A stretch of DNA of 64,000 nt. Origin: an uncultured delta proteobacterium. Lineage in GTDB: Bacteria; Myxococcota_A; Polyangia; Polyangiales; JAFGIB01. The translations under genes were made by a program, and so were the position numbers. The DNA is taken from contig CAVZVA010000003.1 of NCBI GenBank assembly GCA_963778655.1, positions 192,001-256,000 of the forward strand, given 5' to 3'. Within the stretch, counting starts at the first letter, position 1. Every line of letters begins with the position of its first letter. The notes under the pieces were generated by a model that saw only the letters and a list, made by a program, of their open reading frames with translations, was not told the DNA's origin and ran no database searches. Of this stretch, positions 51,027 through 60,482 are shown in pieces.

Positions 51027-52175
51027 TCACGAACCTGCACACCTCAGGCGTAGCTCGGTGATCTCCGAGGGCGCGCCCACGCGCACGGGTGGACCCCAGA
51101 AGCCGGTGCCCCGGCTGACATACAGGGCCGAGGAGCCGCTGCGGTAGAGCCCGGCGAGGAAGCGCGTCTGCAGCCGCACCATGAAGCGGAACGGCCAGAG
51201 CTGGCCGTCGTGGGTGTGGCCGGAGAGCTGCAACCCGATCCCGCGCTTGCGCGCCATTTCGAACGCGCGCGGGTCGTGCGAGAGCAGCACCAGCGGCGTC
51301 TGCCCGTCCCAGCCCGCGAGCGCGGCGTCCAGGTCGAAGCCGTGCGGTCCCGCCTCCAGCCGGCGGCTGGAAAGATCGTCGACCCCGGCCAGCTCGAAGC
51401 GCGCCCCGTCATGCTCGATCGGCACGCGCCGATTGCGCAACACCTCGATGCCGAGCTCGCGCACGCGCTGTACCCAGCGCTCCGCGCCGGAGAAGTGATC
51501 GTGGTTGCCGGTCACGAAGTAGACCCCATCGCGCGCGCGCAGCTCCGCAAGCGGCGCGATCTCGCCGCCCAGATGGGTGACGCTGCCGTCGACCAGGTCG
51601 CCGGTGATCGCCAGCAGATCCGGTTGCAGCGCATTGCAGCGCTGCACCAAGTGCTCGATGAACGGTCGTCGCAGCAGCGAGCCGACGTGGATATCGCTGA
51701 TCTGCACGATGCGATAGCCATCGAGCGCCAGCGGCCAGCCCGGAAGCGCCACGTCGACCAGCTTGTGGGCCGGCGCCTTGAGCGCGGCGCGCATGCCGGA
51801 GCCGACCACGGCCAGAGTCAGGCCGCAGACCGCGAGCGCGCGCACGCGCTGGACGTGTACGCCACGCAGGCCGGTGAGCAGCAGCAGCAGGTCGCTGGTC
51901 CACAACGCGATCAGCAGGTAGAAGCAGCAGCCCATCCAGATGTACGCAGGCCAGCCGAGCACGCGGCCGGCGCGCGGCCCGAAGGTGCGCTCGACCAGCG
52001 GGTTGGCGATGATCGAGATGCCGAGCGCCAGGATCACGCCAGAGGCGATCGCTCTCCAGGGTTGGGGCAGCGCGGTGGCGCGCACCAGTCGGTCCGCGAA
52101 GTACGCGTGCGTCCAGAAGAGCAGCAGCAGGAAGATCCCGAGCGCGACGGCGACTGCGATCGATCGACGGTGCAT
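51027..52175 (-). CDS. membrane-anchored metallophosphoesterase
   Basis: N-terminal TM helices; QISDIH, TGDLVD, GNHD, LSH.P, SGHTH, SRGTG.WGPP.R. Confidence 0.9.
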   Translation of the reverse strand: MHRRSIAVAVALGIFLLLLFWTHAYFADRLVRATALPQPWRAIASGVILALGISIIANPLVERTFGPRAGRVLGWPAYIWMGCCFYLLIALWTSDLLLLLTGLRGVHVQRVRALAVCGLTLAVVGSGMRAALKAPAHKLVDVALPGWPLALDGYRIVQISDIHVGSLLRRPFIEHLVQRCNALQPDLLAITGDLVDGSVTHLGGEIAPLAELRARDGVYFVTGNHDHFSGAERWVQRVRELGIEVLRNRRVPIEHDGARFELAGVDDLSSRRLEAGPHGFDLDAALAGWDGQTPLVLLSHDPRAFEMARKRGIGLQLSGHTHDGQLWPFRFMVRLQTRFLAGLYRSGSSALYVSRGTGFWGPPVRVGAPSEITELRLRCAGS

Positions 52176-52264
52176 GAGGCCGAGACGCCCGGGCGGCGCT
52201 TCCGCTCGTTTGTAGGTATGAAACCCGCCAGCCGCAAGGCCCGAGTGCAACCGCGAGGACCAAC

Positions 52265-53260
52265 CTAGTCCGAGGCCGGGTCCTGCCCGAAGCCCGCAGT
52301 CGCCTCGGGCGCGTGGCTGGCCCGCGCCGTCTGGCGACGTGGCTCGCCGACGACCCGCGCGGCGCCCGCCGGGTCAGCCTGGCGCGCGGCGCCCTGCGCC
52401 GGCCCTGGCAGCGCGCCGGCTGCGGTGGCGGCCGGGCTCGGCCGCCGGAACGGGAAGGCGAGCTGGCCGAGGTAGCTCTCCGGCACGCGATCGGAGTCGA
52501 GCCCAAACACCTGCGGCAAGCGATCGGAGGGCAGATAGTAGGTGCCGAACACCAGATCCCAGAACGCAAACACGTTGCAGAAGTTCTTGTTGCCGCCCTC
52601 GTGCGAGAGCGTGTGGTGCCAGCGGTGAAAGCGCGGGCTCGCGAGCACGACCCCCAGGGGGCCGAATGACAGGTTCCACTGAGTGTGGGCGGCAACCGCG
52701 TACACCACCATCACCGGCATCAGCGGAAGCACCACGCTGATGGGAAAGCCCAGTAGGAAACAGGGCACGATCGCGAACAGGTAGTTGACCAGCTCGTTGA
52801 GCGGATGGACGCGCCCGGTGGTGGACCAGCGGATGTCGGTCGCGCTGTGATGGATGGCGTGGAAGCGCCACAGAAACGGCACGCTGTGAAACAGCCGGTG
52901 CACCCAATACGAGGACAGGTCCATCAACACCAACAGCTCGGCGATCAGCGCGAGCTTGGGCTGGCGGGCGATCGGGCCGAAGCCGTTGAACGCGTCCGGG
53001 GCGGCCCGCAGGGTGAAGCTGCCCATCAGCAGGGCCAGCAGGCCGGCCAGGACCACCCGCGTGCCCATCCGGACCGCCGGCAGCGCGATCCAATAGAACA
53101 TGTCGGTGACCAGCTCAGCGGGAGGCTCCTGTGAAATTGGCCTCCTGGTGATCAGCCCCTCCAGCACGCAGAGGCAGAAAAAGGCCACCATGGCGCTCGC
53201 CTGGAGGTGCCAGAAATCGGGGCCCTGGAGTTTCGTGAGGTCGAGCAGCACGCGCACCAC
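52265..53260 (-). CDS. sterol desaturase / fatty acid hydroxylase family protein
   Basis: His boxes HRLFH, FHAIHHS and FHRWHH; WDLVFGTY. Confidence 0.88.
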   Translation of the reverse strand: MVRVLLDLTKLQGPDFWHLQASAMVAFFCLCVLEGLITRRPISQEPPAELVTDMFYWIALPAVRMGTRVVLAGLLALLMGSFTLRAAPDAFNGFGPIARQPKLALIAELLVLMDLSSYWVHRLFHSVPFLWRFHAIHHSATDIRWSTTGRVHPLNELVNYLFAIVPCFLLGFPISVVLPLMPVMVVYAVAAHTQWNLSFGPLGVVLASPRFHRWHHTLSHEGGNKNFCNVFAFWDLVFGTYYLPSDRLPQVFGLDSDRVPESYLGQLAFPFRRPSPAATAAGALPGPAQGAARQADPAGAARVVGEPRRQTARASHAPEATAGFGQDPASD

Positions 53261-53354
53261 GCCAAAAACACGCCTCAGATCAACGTAGATGGCCTCCGGG
53301 GATAGTCAAGCGTTCCCGTTGTCCGGGCCCGGCGCCGACTGATAGATCGCAAAC

Positions 53355-53759
53355 ATGGATCAGCAGGACCTTGCCGCCCTGGCCGGCGCGACCTGTATCA
53401 ACGTCCGGAGCTTTCGCCGGGATGGAACCCCCGTGGACACTCCCCTGTGGGTGGTCGCGATCGATGGCCTGCTGGCCTCGTACACCGACGACCGCTCCTA
53501 CAAAGTGAGACGGGTGCGGCGAAACCCACAGGTCGAGGTGGCCGGCAGCGACGTCTGGGGCATCCCCTCGACCCCCTGGTATCCGGCGCGCTGTCAGCCT
53601 GTGCATGATCCACGGCGGCGGGAGCAAATCTTTGCCGCGATTGCGCAGAAATACGGCTTTCACTGGACGATGGCGCTGTGGGGCTCCCGCCTCAGCTTTC
53701 GGATCCCGCACCGGGTGGTGCTGGAGTTCGAGGTGGAGCTGACGCCAGTGGGCGCGTGA
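53355..53759 (+). CDS. PPOX-class (pyridoxamine 5'-phosphate oxidase-like) flavin/F420-binding protein
   Basis: SFRRDGTPVDTPLW, YKVRRVRRNPQV, AIAQKYG. Confidence 0.8.
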   Translation: MDQQDLAALAGATCINVRSFRRDGTPVDTPLWVVAIDGLLASYTDDRSYKVRRVRRNPQVEVAGSDVWGIPSTPWYPARCQPVHDPRRREQIFAAIAQKYGFHWTMALWGSRLSFRIPHRVVLEFEVELTPVGA

Positions 53760-53823
53760 GCCCCACGCGCGGACGCTTTAGATTCCGCTTTAGGCTCCGC
53801 CTGGCCGCTCGGGTCCGCAGGCC

Positions 53824-54174
53824 TCAGCGCAGGAACGCGAACCACAGCCCGGCTGCCGCCAGGTAGGCGAGCAGCGGGAGCATGCCGATGTGGGCACGCC
53901 GGTCGAGCCGCTTGGCCTCGCGCTGCAGCCGCAGGCACACTTCGCCGAAGCCCGTCAGGTCGGCACGCAGCATCCCGGTGACGCGGTTGTGCTTGAAGGC
54001 GCCGTCCACGAACGGGTTGATCGGCTCGATGCGTGCCCTGAACGCCTCGGCATCGGCACGCCTGGCCATCTCGATCAGCGTGCCGAGCTTGATCACCAGC
54101 TCACGGCTCGGCGGCAGCGTGAGCGCGGCGGCGATCAGCGAGGCGACGGCGCCGAGCAGCACCAGCAGCAGCAT
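53824..54174 (-). CDS. hypothetical small membrane protein
   Basis: 116-aa ORF with hydrophobic N- and C-termini that fills the intergenic gap. Confidence 0.5.
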   Translation of the reverse strand: MLLLVLLGAVASLIAAALTLPPSRELVIKLGTLIEMARRADAEAFRARIEPINPFVDGAFKHNRVTGMLRADLTGFGEVCLRLQREAKRLDRRAHIGMLPLLAYLAAAGLWFAFLR

Positions 54175-54252
54175 GGTGGCGCGAGCTTACACCGATCGCG
54201 CGGCGGCGGCACCCGGCCCCGGGCCGAGCTGGCCTCTGCCGCCGGCGCAGAC

Positions 54253-54407
54253 TCGGGTTTCGCCCTTTTGCGTCGGCCGATCGCGGAGGACAGCGGTTTT
54301 CGGGGCGCTTCGTGCGACGCAGGAAAGGTAGCTTTCCTTTCAAGGAGCACGGGACAGCCCGAGAAACGCCGGACGAGCGAGGGCCGCCGGAAAGAGGCGA
54401 ACCCCGA
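54253..54407. repeat. ~155-nt imperfect fold-back element
   Basis: Arms 54253-54272 and 54388-54407 (16/20 complementary), further inner pairings, apical hairpin AGGAAAG-GTAG-CTTTCCT at 54321-54338. Confidence 0.6.
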
Positions 54408-54408
54408 C

Positions 54409-55026
54409 TCAGAAGCCCCAGGGGTCGGCGGCGTCGGTGGTGAACGTCCACTCGAGGTTGAGCGGCCCCGACATCGAGGTGCCGCTCATCTTGACCCGGT
54501 ACGTGGTGTTCGGGTCCAGCGCCGTGTTGGCGTACATGAACGCGGTGTCGTAGAGGTAGTAGCGATAGCCAGGATCGACGTTGCTCGAGTTGGAGCCCAT
54601 CCACACGTGGGGCCAGCGCGGCCAGCGATTCACTGGAAGCGCCAGCCGGGGGCGCCGGGCAGGAGTCGGGGTTGCCGCCCGCCGGGGGCGCCATCCCGCC
54701 ACCCGAGCCGGTGCCCGCGGTGCCGGTCATGCCGCCCGTACCCGCCATCGCGGTGCCGCCCGACGTGCCCCCGTTCGCGGCGCTCTCGCCGCCCGTCCCC
54801 AGCATTGGCATGGCGCTGCTCATGGCCATCCCGCCGGTGCCGCTCGACAGCGGGGCGGCAGCTCCGCCGGTGCTGGTCGTGGCATTGCCCGCAGCAGCCG
54901 CGGCCGGCGCGCCCACCGTCCCTGCGAAGGCGATCCGGTCGACCCCGCGCCGTCCGCCTTACCGCAGCCCGTGCTCCAACTCGACAGCAGCGCAAGCGCC
55001 GCCACCACCGTGCTCCATCTTTTCAT
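54409..55026 (-). pseudogene. disrupted Gly-rich lipoprotein gene (two frame changes)
   Basis: Signal/lipobox MKRWSTVV...STGC in one frame; Gly-rich linker to CPAPPAGASSESLAAL in a second frame; Ig-like tail PHVWM...NTTYRVK...EWTFTT back in the first frame. Confidence 0.6.
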
Positions 55027-55212
55027 CGCGTCCCGACCTTCCCTCAGCCTTGCCGCACGCGGTCGCGTGCTGCCGGGGTTACCAGCCCGGACGCACTACA
55101 CCCAGGGTCAAGTAACCGCAGGCATCGCAATCGGGTCATGCTGCCGGCGCGATGGACATTGTCTCGGCCCGGCGCCGGGCGCGGGCCCGACCACCCTGCC
55201 CGCAGGCCGACC

Positions 55213-57972
55213 TCAGGATCCACTCGCGCGCGGGGCCAGCGCCGTGAGCAGCGCCTGGCGAACCGCCTCGGCACGCGCGGGAGACTCGAGCTTACTGCCG
55301 TCCGCCTGCGTGACGTAGAACACGTCGCCCACCCGCGTTCCCTCGGTGTTGATCTTGGCCAGCGCGATGCTCAGCCCTTGTTCGTGCAGGGTCTGCGCCA
55401 ACCTGAACAGCAAGCCGGGCCTGTCCTTGCTCACGACCTCGATCACGGTGTGCTGAGGCGAGCTGATTTGGTCGATCGCGATCTCGGTCGCGACCGGCGG
55501 GTGGGGCCGCTCGCTCCAGCGCGACACGCGCCGGCACTGCAGCAGCTCTTCTGGGCTCACCGCCCCGTCGATCACCGCGCGCAGGTCGCGCTGGAGCTTG
55601 GGCAAGATCTGCTCGACGCCGGCGACTCCTTCGATCGGGTCGCGCACCCAGAACACGTCGACCGCCTGCACTGCGCCGCCCGGCAGCACGCGCGAGTGGA
55701 TCTGCGCGGCGTGAATCTCGAGCCGGCTGGCGGCCAGCGCCGCCGCGATCGCGGCGAGCAGGCCCGGGCGGTCTCCGGCGACCACGCACAGGCCCGCGTC
55801 CTCGTCGATCGCGTGCTCGGTCACCACGCACAGCTCCGCGACGTCGGCATGACGCGACGGAACCAGCGCCGCTCTCACCCCGGCGCCGCGCCCGCTCAGG
55901 GCACAGCGCGCGTGCGCGGCGATCTCGGCCGGCGTGTTCGAGAGCAGATAGCGCTCGGGCATGGTGTCGAGAAATTCCCGCAGGAACCCCGGATCGAGCG
56001 CGAGGTCCCAGCACGCCGCCACCTGCTCGCGCACGCGCGCGACGCGCTGCGGCTCCGCGCCCGTGCCGCCCCGGTCCAGCCACGCGAAGGCGGCCTGGTA
56101 CAGCGCGTCGAGCATGCCCGCCTTCCACTGCGTCATGGAGGTCGGGCTGGTGGTGGACAGGTCGGCCACGGTGAGCAGGTACAAATCGCGCAGCCCGTCC
56201 TGCCCCCCGACGTCCCGCACGAACTCCGCGATGGTCGCCGGATCCTCCAGATCGCGGCACGCAGCCACGTGGTACATCAGCAGGTGCTGCTCGATCAGGC
56301 GGCAGGCCGCCTCGACCGCCTCGGCGCCCAACCCGAGCCGCGTCAACACGCCGCGCGCGAGCTCGGCCCCGCGGTGCGAATGGCCTTTACCGCCTGCGTC
56401 CTTGCCGATGTCGTGCAGCAAGGTCGCCAGGAACAGCGCCTCGTTCGGCGCCAGCTGGACGGCGAGCTCGGACGCCAGGCCTTGCTCGGGTACGTCGCCG
56501 CGACACAGCGCACGCAGGTGATCGAGCGCCGCGATCGAGTGCGCGTCGACCGTGTACACGTGATAGACGTCGTGGTGGACGCGACCGACCACGGGCGCGA
56601 ACTCCGGCACCAGCGCGGTGAGCAGGCCAACGTCGTGCAGCTCGGCCAGGATCGAGCCGCGGCGGAAGCGCGTGCGCTCGCAATGGCACGAAAGGCTCAC
56701 GAACAACTTGGCCGCCTCGGCGCTCCGGCGCAGCGCCGCGCAGAAGCGCTCGTCGCTGGTCTCGCGCGCAATCGCGTTGCGGGTCTCGGGCTGCACCGCG
56801 AGCTCGCGCTCGACCGCGGTGGCGTAGACCCGCATCGCCAGCGCCGGATCGCTCGCCAGCGCGCGCTCGTCGGCGAACGCGACGTAGCCCTCGGCCTGAA
56901 ACAGCCCGCGGCCCAGGTCGTGGATGCGGTGGCGCGAGCGCCCGAGCTGCGGCGGCATCGCGCGCGCGAGCAAGTGCTCTCGGCTACGCGTGATCACGCG
57001 CGCGTGGCGGTAGTAGTCGGACATGAACGCCTCGGCCATGGCGCCCGCGGTCTGGGCGGCGGAGGCGCCCTGATCGGCGCCGATGCGCGCTCGGTAGCCC
57101 ATCGCCTCGGCCAGCACTTCTTGTTCCGGAAAGGTCAGCCGGTCGCTGCGCCGGCCGCTGTTGCGGTGCAGGCGGTTGCGGACCTGCCACAGAAAGTCCT
57201 CCGCACGCGTGATCTCCGCGACCTCTCGCGGCAGCAGCACGCCGAGCTTGGCCAGATCGCGGAGCTCCTCGACCTTCCAGCGCGCGCGCGCGGCCCACAG
57301 CGCAATGTCGAGGTCGCGCAGCCCGCCGGCGCCGTTCTTGATGTCGGGCTCAAGCAAATAGATCGAATCGCCCAGGCGCTGGTGACGCGAGCCGGCCTCG
57401 GCCTCGAGCCGGTGCAGGAAGCGCGGGAGGTTGGCCGGCGCGAAGATCCCGTCGAAGGCGCGCCCGCGCAGCGCCGTGCCGAGATCCGCGTCGCCCCCGA
57501 GCATGCGGAAGTCGAGCAAGGCGGTCGCGGTGGGCAGGTCGTGCTCGGCGTCCGCGATCGCGGCCGGAATGCTCATGACCTGGTGACCGATGCTCACGCC
57601 CGCGTCCCACAGCGGGTAGAGGATGGCCTCGGCCAGGGGCTGGATCGCCTCGGGCGTCGCGGGCGTGACCAGACGCACGTCGAGATCGCTCTTCCAGCCC
57701 AGCCGGCGCCGCCCATAGCCGCCGACCGCGCCGAGCAGGACCGGCACGTCCCCGCAGGCGCGCGCCGAGGCCGCCGTGCCGGCCTCGAACAATGCGCGCA
57801 GCAGGCGGTCCATGATCTCGGCGTGCTCGCGCGCGAAGGCGCTGCCGGCCTGCTCTTTTGAATCAAGCAGCTTGAGCAACTCGGCGCGATTGCGCTCGAG
57901 ATAGACCTTGAGCTGCGAGGTATGGGTGGACGGGGCCGCCGGCGGCGAGGCGTACGGCAAATTCTGCGACAT
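55213..57972 (-). CDS. glnD: [protein-PII] uridylyltransferase/uridylyl-removing enzyme
   Basis: AVGGYGR...SDLD, EPDIKNGAGGLRD, YHVYTVDAH, LLHDIGK, two ACT domains (DRPGLL x2, DVFYV). Confidence 0.92.
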   Translation of the reverse strand: MSQNLPYASPPAAPSTHTSQLKVYLERNRAELLKLLDSKEQAGSAFAREHAEIMDRLLRALFEAGTAASARACGDVPVLLGAVGGYGRRRLGWKSDLDVRLVTPATPEAIQPLAEAILYPLWDAGVSIGHQVMSIPAAIADAEHDLPTATALLDFRMLGGDADLGTALRGRAFDGIFAPANLPRFLHRLEAEAGSRHQRLGDSIYLLEPDIKNGAGGLRDLDIALWAARARWKVEELRDLAKLGVLLPREVAEITRAEDFLWQVRNRLHRNSGRRSDRLTFPEQEVLAEAMGYRARIGADQGASAAQTAGAMAEAFMSDYYRHARVITRSREHLLARAMPPQLGRSRHRIHDLGRGLFQAEGYVAFADERALASDPALAMRVYATAVERELAVQPETRNAIARETSDERFCAALRRSAEAAKLFVSLSCHCERTRFRRGSILAELHDVGLLTALVPEFAPVVGRVHHDVYHVYTVDAHSIAALDHLRALCRGDVPEQGLASELAVQLAPNEALFLATLLHDIGKDAGGKGHSHRGAELARGVLTRLGLGAEAVEAACRLIEQHLLMYHVAACRDLEDPATIAEFVRDVGGQDGLRDLYLLTVADLSTTSPTSMTQWKAGMLDALYQAAFAWLDRGGTGAEPQRVARVREQVAACWDLALDPGFLREFLDTMPERYLLSNTPAEIAAHARCALSGRGAGVRAALVPSRHADVAELCVVTEHAIDEDAGLCVVAGDRPGLLAAIAAALAASRLEIHAAQIHSRVLPGGAVQAVDVFWVRDPIEGVAGVEQILPKLQRDLRAVIDGAVSPEELLQCRRVSRWSERPHPPVATEIAIDQISSPQHTVIEVVSKDRPGLLFRLAQTLHEQGLSIALAKINTEGTRVGDVFYVTQADGSKLESPARAEAVRQALLTALAPRASGS

Positions 57973-58176
57973 GGTGCTCCGAGGGCCCGCGCCGCAAACA
58001 GCGGCCGACCCGGAGTCAGACTACGGCAGCAACTGTAACCGCGCGGTTTCGCGAGGGTTTCAGATCGCCGCCATGCCGCAGGGCCCGCTCGGTGTGGAGC
58101 CGCCGCGCCTCGCCGCGATCGACTCCCCCCAATGCACTTGGCCCGCGCGGCTGAGACCGCGGAACTGTATCTCGCA

Positions 58177-60471
58177 ATGGGAACCAAGCACCTGACCGCA
58201 GCGCTGTTGCTCCTCGCCTGCGCCGGCTCGAGCGCTTGCTCGGGCAAGGTGCAGGGCAACCAACCCAAGAGCCCGCTGGGCACCGTCGGTGGTCCGGCCA
58301 ATGGGGCCGGAGGACCGAACGCGCCCGCAGGCACGACCAATGCGCCCGGCGGGACCGTTGCCGGCAACGACCCCGCTGGACCCGGCCCGATCACGGCGTC
58401 CGACACGCCCTTCGACGCGCAGACGGCGTTGACCGCCGTGCGCAAGGTCAAGGGCCTGCTCACCGGGCTCGCTCCGAGCGACGACGACGTCGCCAAGCTC
58501 ACCAGCTCGGGCGCCGCCGGCCTGCAGGAGCTGATCGGGACCTGGACCACCGATCCCACCTACCAGCCGTACTTCCGCGACAAGATGGTGTTCTTCTTCC
58601 GCAACGCGTTCCAGCAGACCGGATTCACGCCGACCGAGGACTTCAAGCCGCAGCTGCTGGAAAACGGCGGCTTCGACTTCGGTCCGTTCGGCACCAGCGC
58701 GGTGGGCGACGACGCTTTCGCGCGGCTGGTGCACAACCTGCAGGACAGCTTCGCGCTGACCGCATGGCAGCTGGTGGCCGAAGGGCGGCCGTTCAACGAA
58801 ACGCTGACCACCACGCGCTTCATGATGACCACCGGTCTCAAGAGCTTGTACCTGCAGATCGAGATGCCCAACGATCAGCCCTACGCCTTCTTCAATCGCC
58901 TCGGCAGCACCAGCCAGCCGCTGGCCTGGAAGATCGACTACAGCGGCAACCCGATTCCGCTCGAGCAGACGCTCGACCCGAGCAGCCCCAACTACATGGT
59001 GTGGAGCGACGAGCCGCCGGTGAACCAGAGCGGGTTCGGTCCGTTCCGCGGCGGCGGCAGCAGCATGTTCCCCACCTGCCGCGGCGGCACCACGATGGAC
59101 AGCAACGGCGCGGTGGTGACCTCGGCCGACATGAATGGCTACGCGCAGCTGTTCCAGCGCTTGCTCGGCTTCACCCCGCGCTATCCATATGCCGCGCAGC
59201 CCACCTGCTGGGAGCACCCGTCCAAGCCGGTCTTCACCGCGGACGACATGTCCGACTGGCAATGGGTGACGGTGCGCCCGCTCAAGGACGGTGAGGCGTA
59301 TCTCCAGCCCTACGATCTGCCGACGCTGCGCAAGACCACCGAGCTGCCGCTCAAGCTGCCGCGCGTCGGCTTCTACACCACGCCGGCGTTCCTGGCGCTG
59401 TGGAACACCAACAACAGCAACCAGCACCGGGTCACCGCCAACCAGACGCTGCTGGTGGCGCTCGGCTACTCGCTCACCAGCGAGAACGCGATCATCCCGC
59501 TCAGCACCGCGGGGCTCGACTCCGCGCACGCGGTGGATGGATCGGAGTGCTACGGCTGCCACAAGAGCCTCGACCCGCTGCGCCAGTTCTGGGGCAATCA
59601 GCTCGACTTCAATGACCGCAACGACTTCCCCAGCCGCGGATTCATGATGACCGCGGCCAATCCCAGGCCCGCCACCACCGGCGGGGTGTTCGCGTTCGGC
59701 GACATCAACGCCGCCGGCGCGAGCATGCTCGACCTGGGAGGGTTGCTGGCCCAGGTCAGCTCCGGCAGCACCGACCATCCGCTCAACCAGTTCGCGGCGG
59801 CGATGGCGCAGAAGCTGTGCTTCTACGCCGACTCGACCGCCTGCGGGCAAAACGATCCCGAGCTGCAGCGCATCGTGCTCGCGTTCCAGGACTCGAGCTA
59901 CAACTTCCTGACCCTGGTCAAGGAGCTGTTCTCGTCGCCGCTGGTGACCGGCGCGGCCGCCACCGACACCTTTGCGCAGGGTACGATGCCGGTCAGCATC
60001 TCGCGGCGCGACCACTTCTGCGCGGCGCTCTCCAATCGGCTGGGCAAGCCCGACATGTGCGCGCTGGCAGCGTCGTTGCCCTCGCAGGCGCAGACCGCCA
60101 CCGCCAAGATCGCCGGCAGCGTGGCGGCGGACGCCTTCAGCCGCGGCTCGGAGTCGCCGATCACGCCGGCCGATCCGACGCTGTTTTACCGCGCCGCGAC
60201 CGAGATGCTGTGCGAGAACATCGCCGGCCAGGTGGTCGACGCAGCGGCCGACAGCGTGTGGACCAGCGCCGACCCGACCGCGGCGATCCCCGACATGGTG
60301 GACAAGGTGATGGGCTACCCGCCGAGCGATCCGAAACGCGCGCAGGCGGTGCAAATTCTGCAGGACCACTTCACCAGCGCCATGTCCCAGACCCGCAATG
60401 CGAGCTCGGCGCTGCGCTCCGTCTTCGTGCTCGCATGCGAATCCCCGACCTCCGTGTCGTTCGGACTGTGA
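58177..60471 (+). CDS. large lipoprotein with a CxxCH motif (myxobacterial/planctomycete DUF1588/1592-like)
   Basis: Signal peptide with lipobox-like Cys; AVRKVKGLLTGLAP, GFYTTPAF, CYGCHKSLDP, F..L.+ELFSS, FVLACESP. Confidence 0.65.
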   Translation: MGTKHLTAALLLLACAGSSACSGKVQGNQPKSPLGTVGGPANGAGGPNAPAGTTNAPGGTVAGNDPAGPGPITASDTPFDAQTALTAVRKVKGLLTGLAPSDDDVAKLTSSGAAGLQELIGTWTTDPTYQPYFRDKMVFFFRNAFQQTGFTPTEDFKPQLLENGGFDFGPFGTSAVGDDAFARLVHNLQDSFALTAWQLVAEGRPFNETLTTTRFMMTTGLKSLYLQIEMPNDQPYAFFNRLGSTSQPLAWKIDYSGNPIPLEQTLDPSSPNYMVWSDEPPVNQSGFGPFRGGGSSMFPTCRGGTTMDSNGAVVTSADMNGYAQLFQRLLGFTPRYPYAAQPTCWEHPSKPVFTADDMSDWQWVTVRPLKDGEAYLQPYDLPTLRKTTELPLKLPRVGFYTTPAFLALWNTNNSNQHRVTANQTLLVALGYSLTSENAIIPLSTAGLDSAHAVDGSECYGCHKSLDPLRQFWGNQLDFNDRNDFPSRGFMMTAANPRPATTGGVFAFGDINAAGASMLDLGGLLAQVSSGSTDHPLNQFAAAMAQKLCFYADSTACGQNDPELQRIVLAFQDSSYNFLTLVKELFSSPLVTGAAATDTFAQGTMPVSISRRDHFCAALSNRLGKPDMCALAASLPSQAQTATAKIAGSVAADAFSRGSESPITPADPTLFYRAATEMLCENIAGQVVDAAADSVWTSADPTAAIPDMVDKVMGYPPSDPKRAQAVQILQDHFTSAMSQTRNASSALRSVFVLACESPTSVSFGL

Positions 60472-60482
60472 GGAGAGCGGCC

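Noticed and set aside
53890..57861. 1323-aa plus-strand ORF, and similar long ORFs such as 12941..14854, 36529..39048, 42145..44679, 48288..50738 and 58060..60369
   Set aside because: Antisense shadows of well-supported genes (glnD etc.), expected from stop-codon scarcity at this GC content; Arg/Ala/Gly-rich with no motifs.
58029..58038. GCAACTGTAA resembling part of a cobalamin riboswitch
   Set aside because: The other conserved elements (GGGAA, GCCACTG, the AGYCAG B12 box) are not present.
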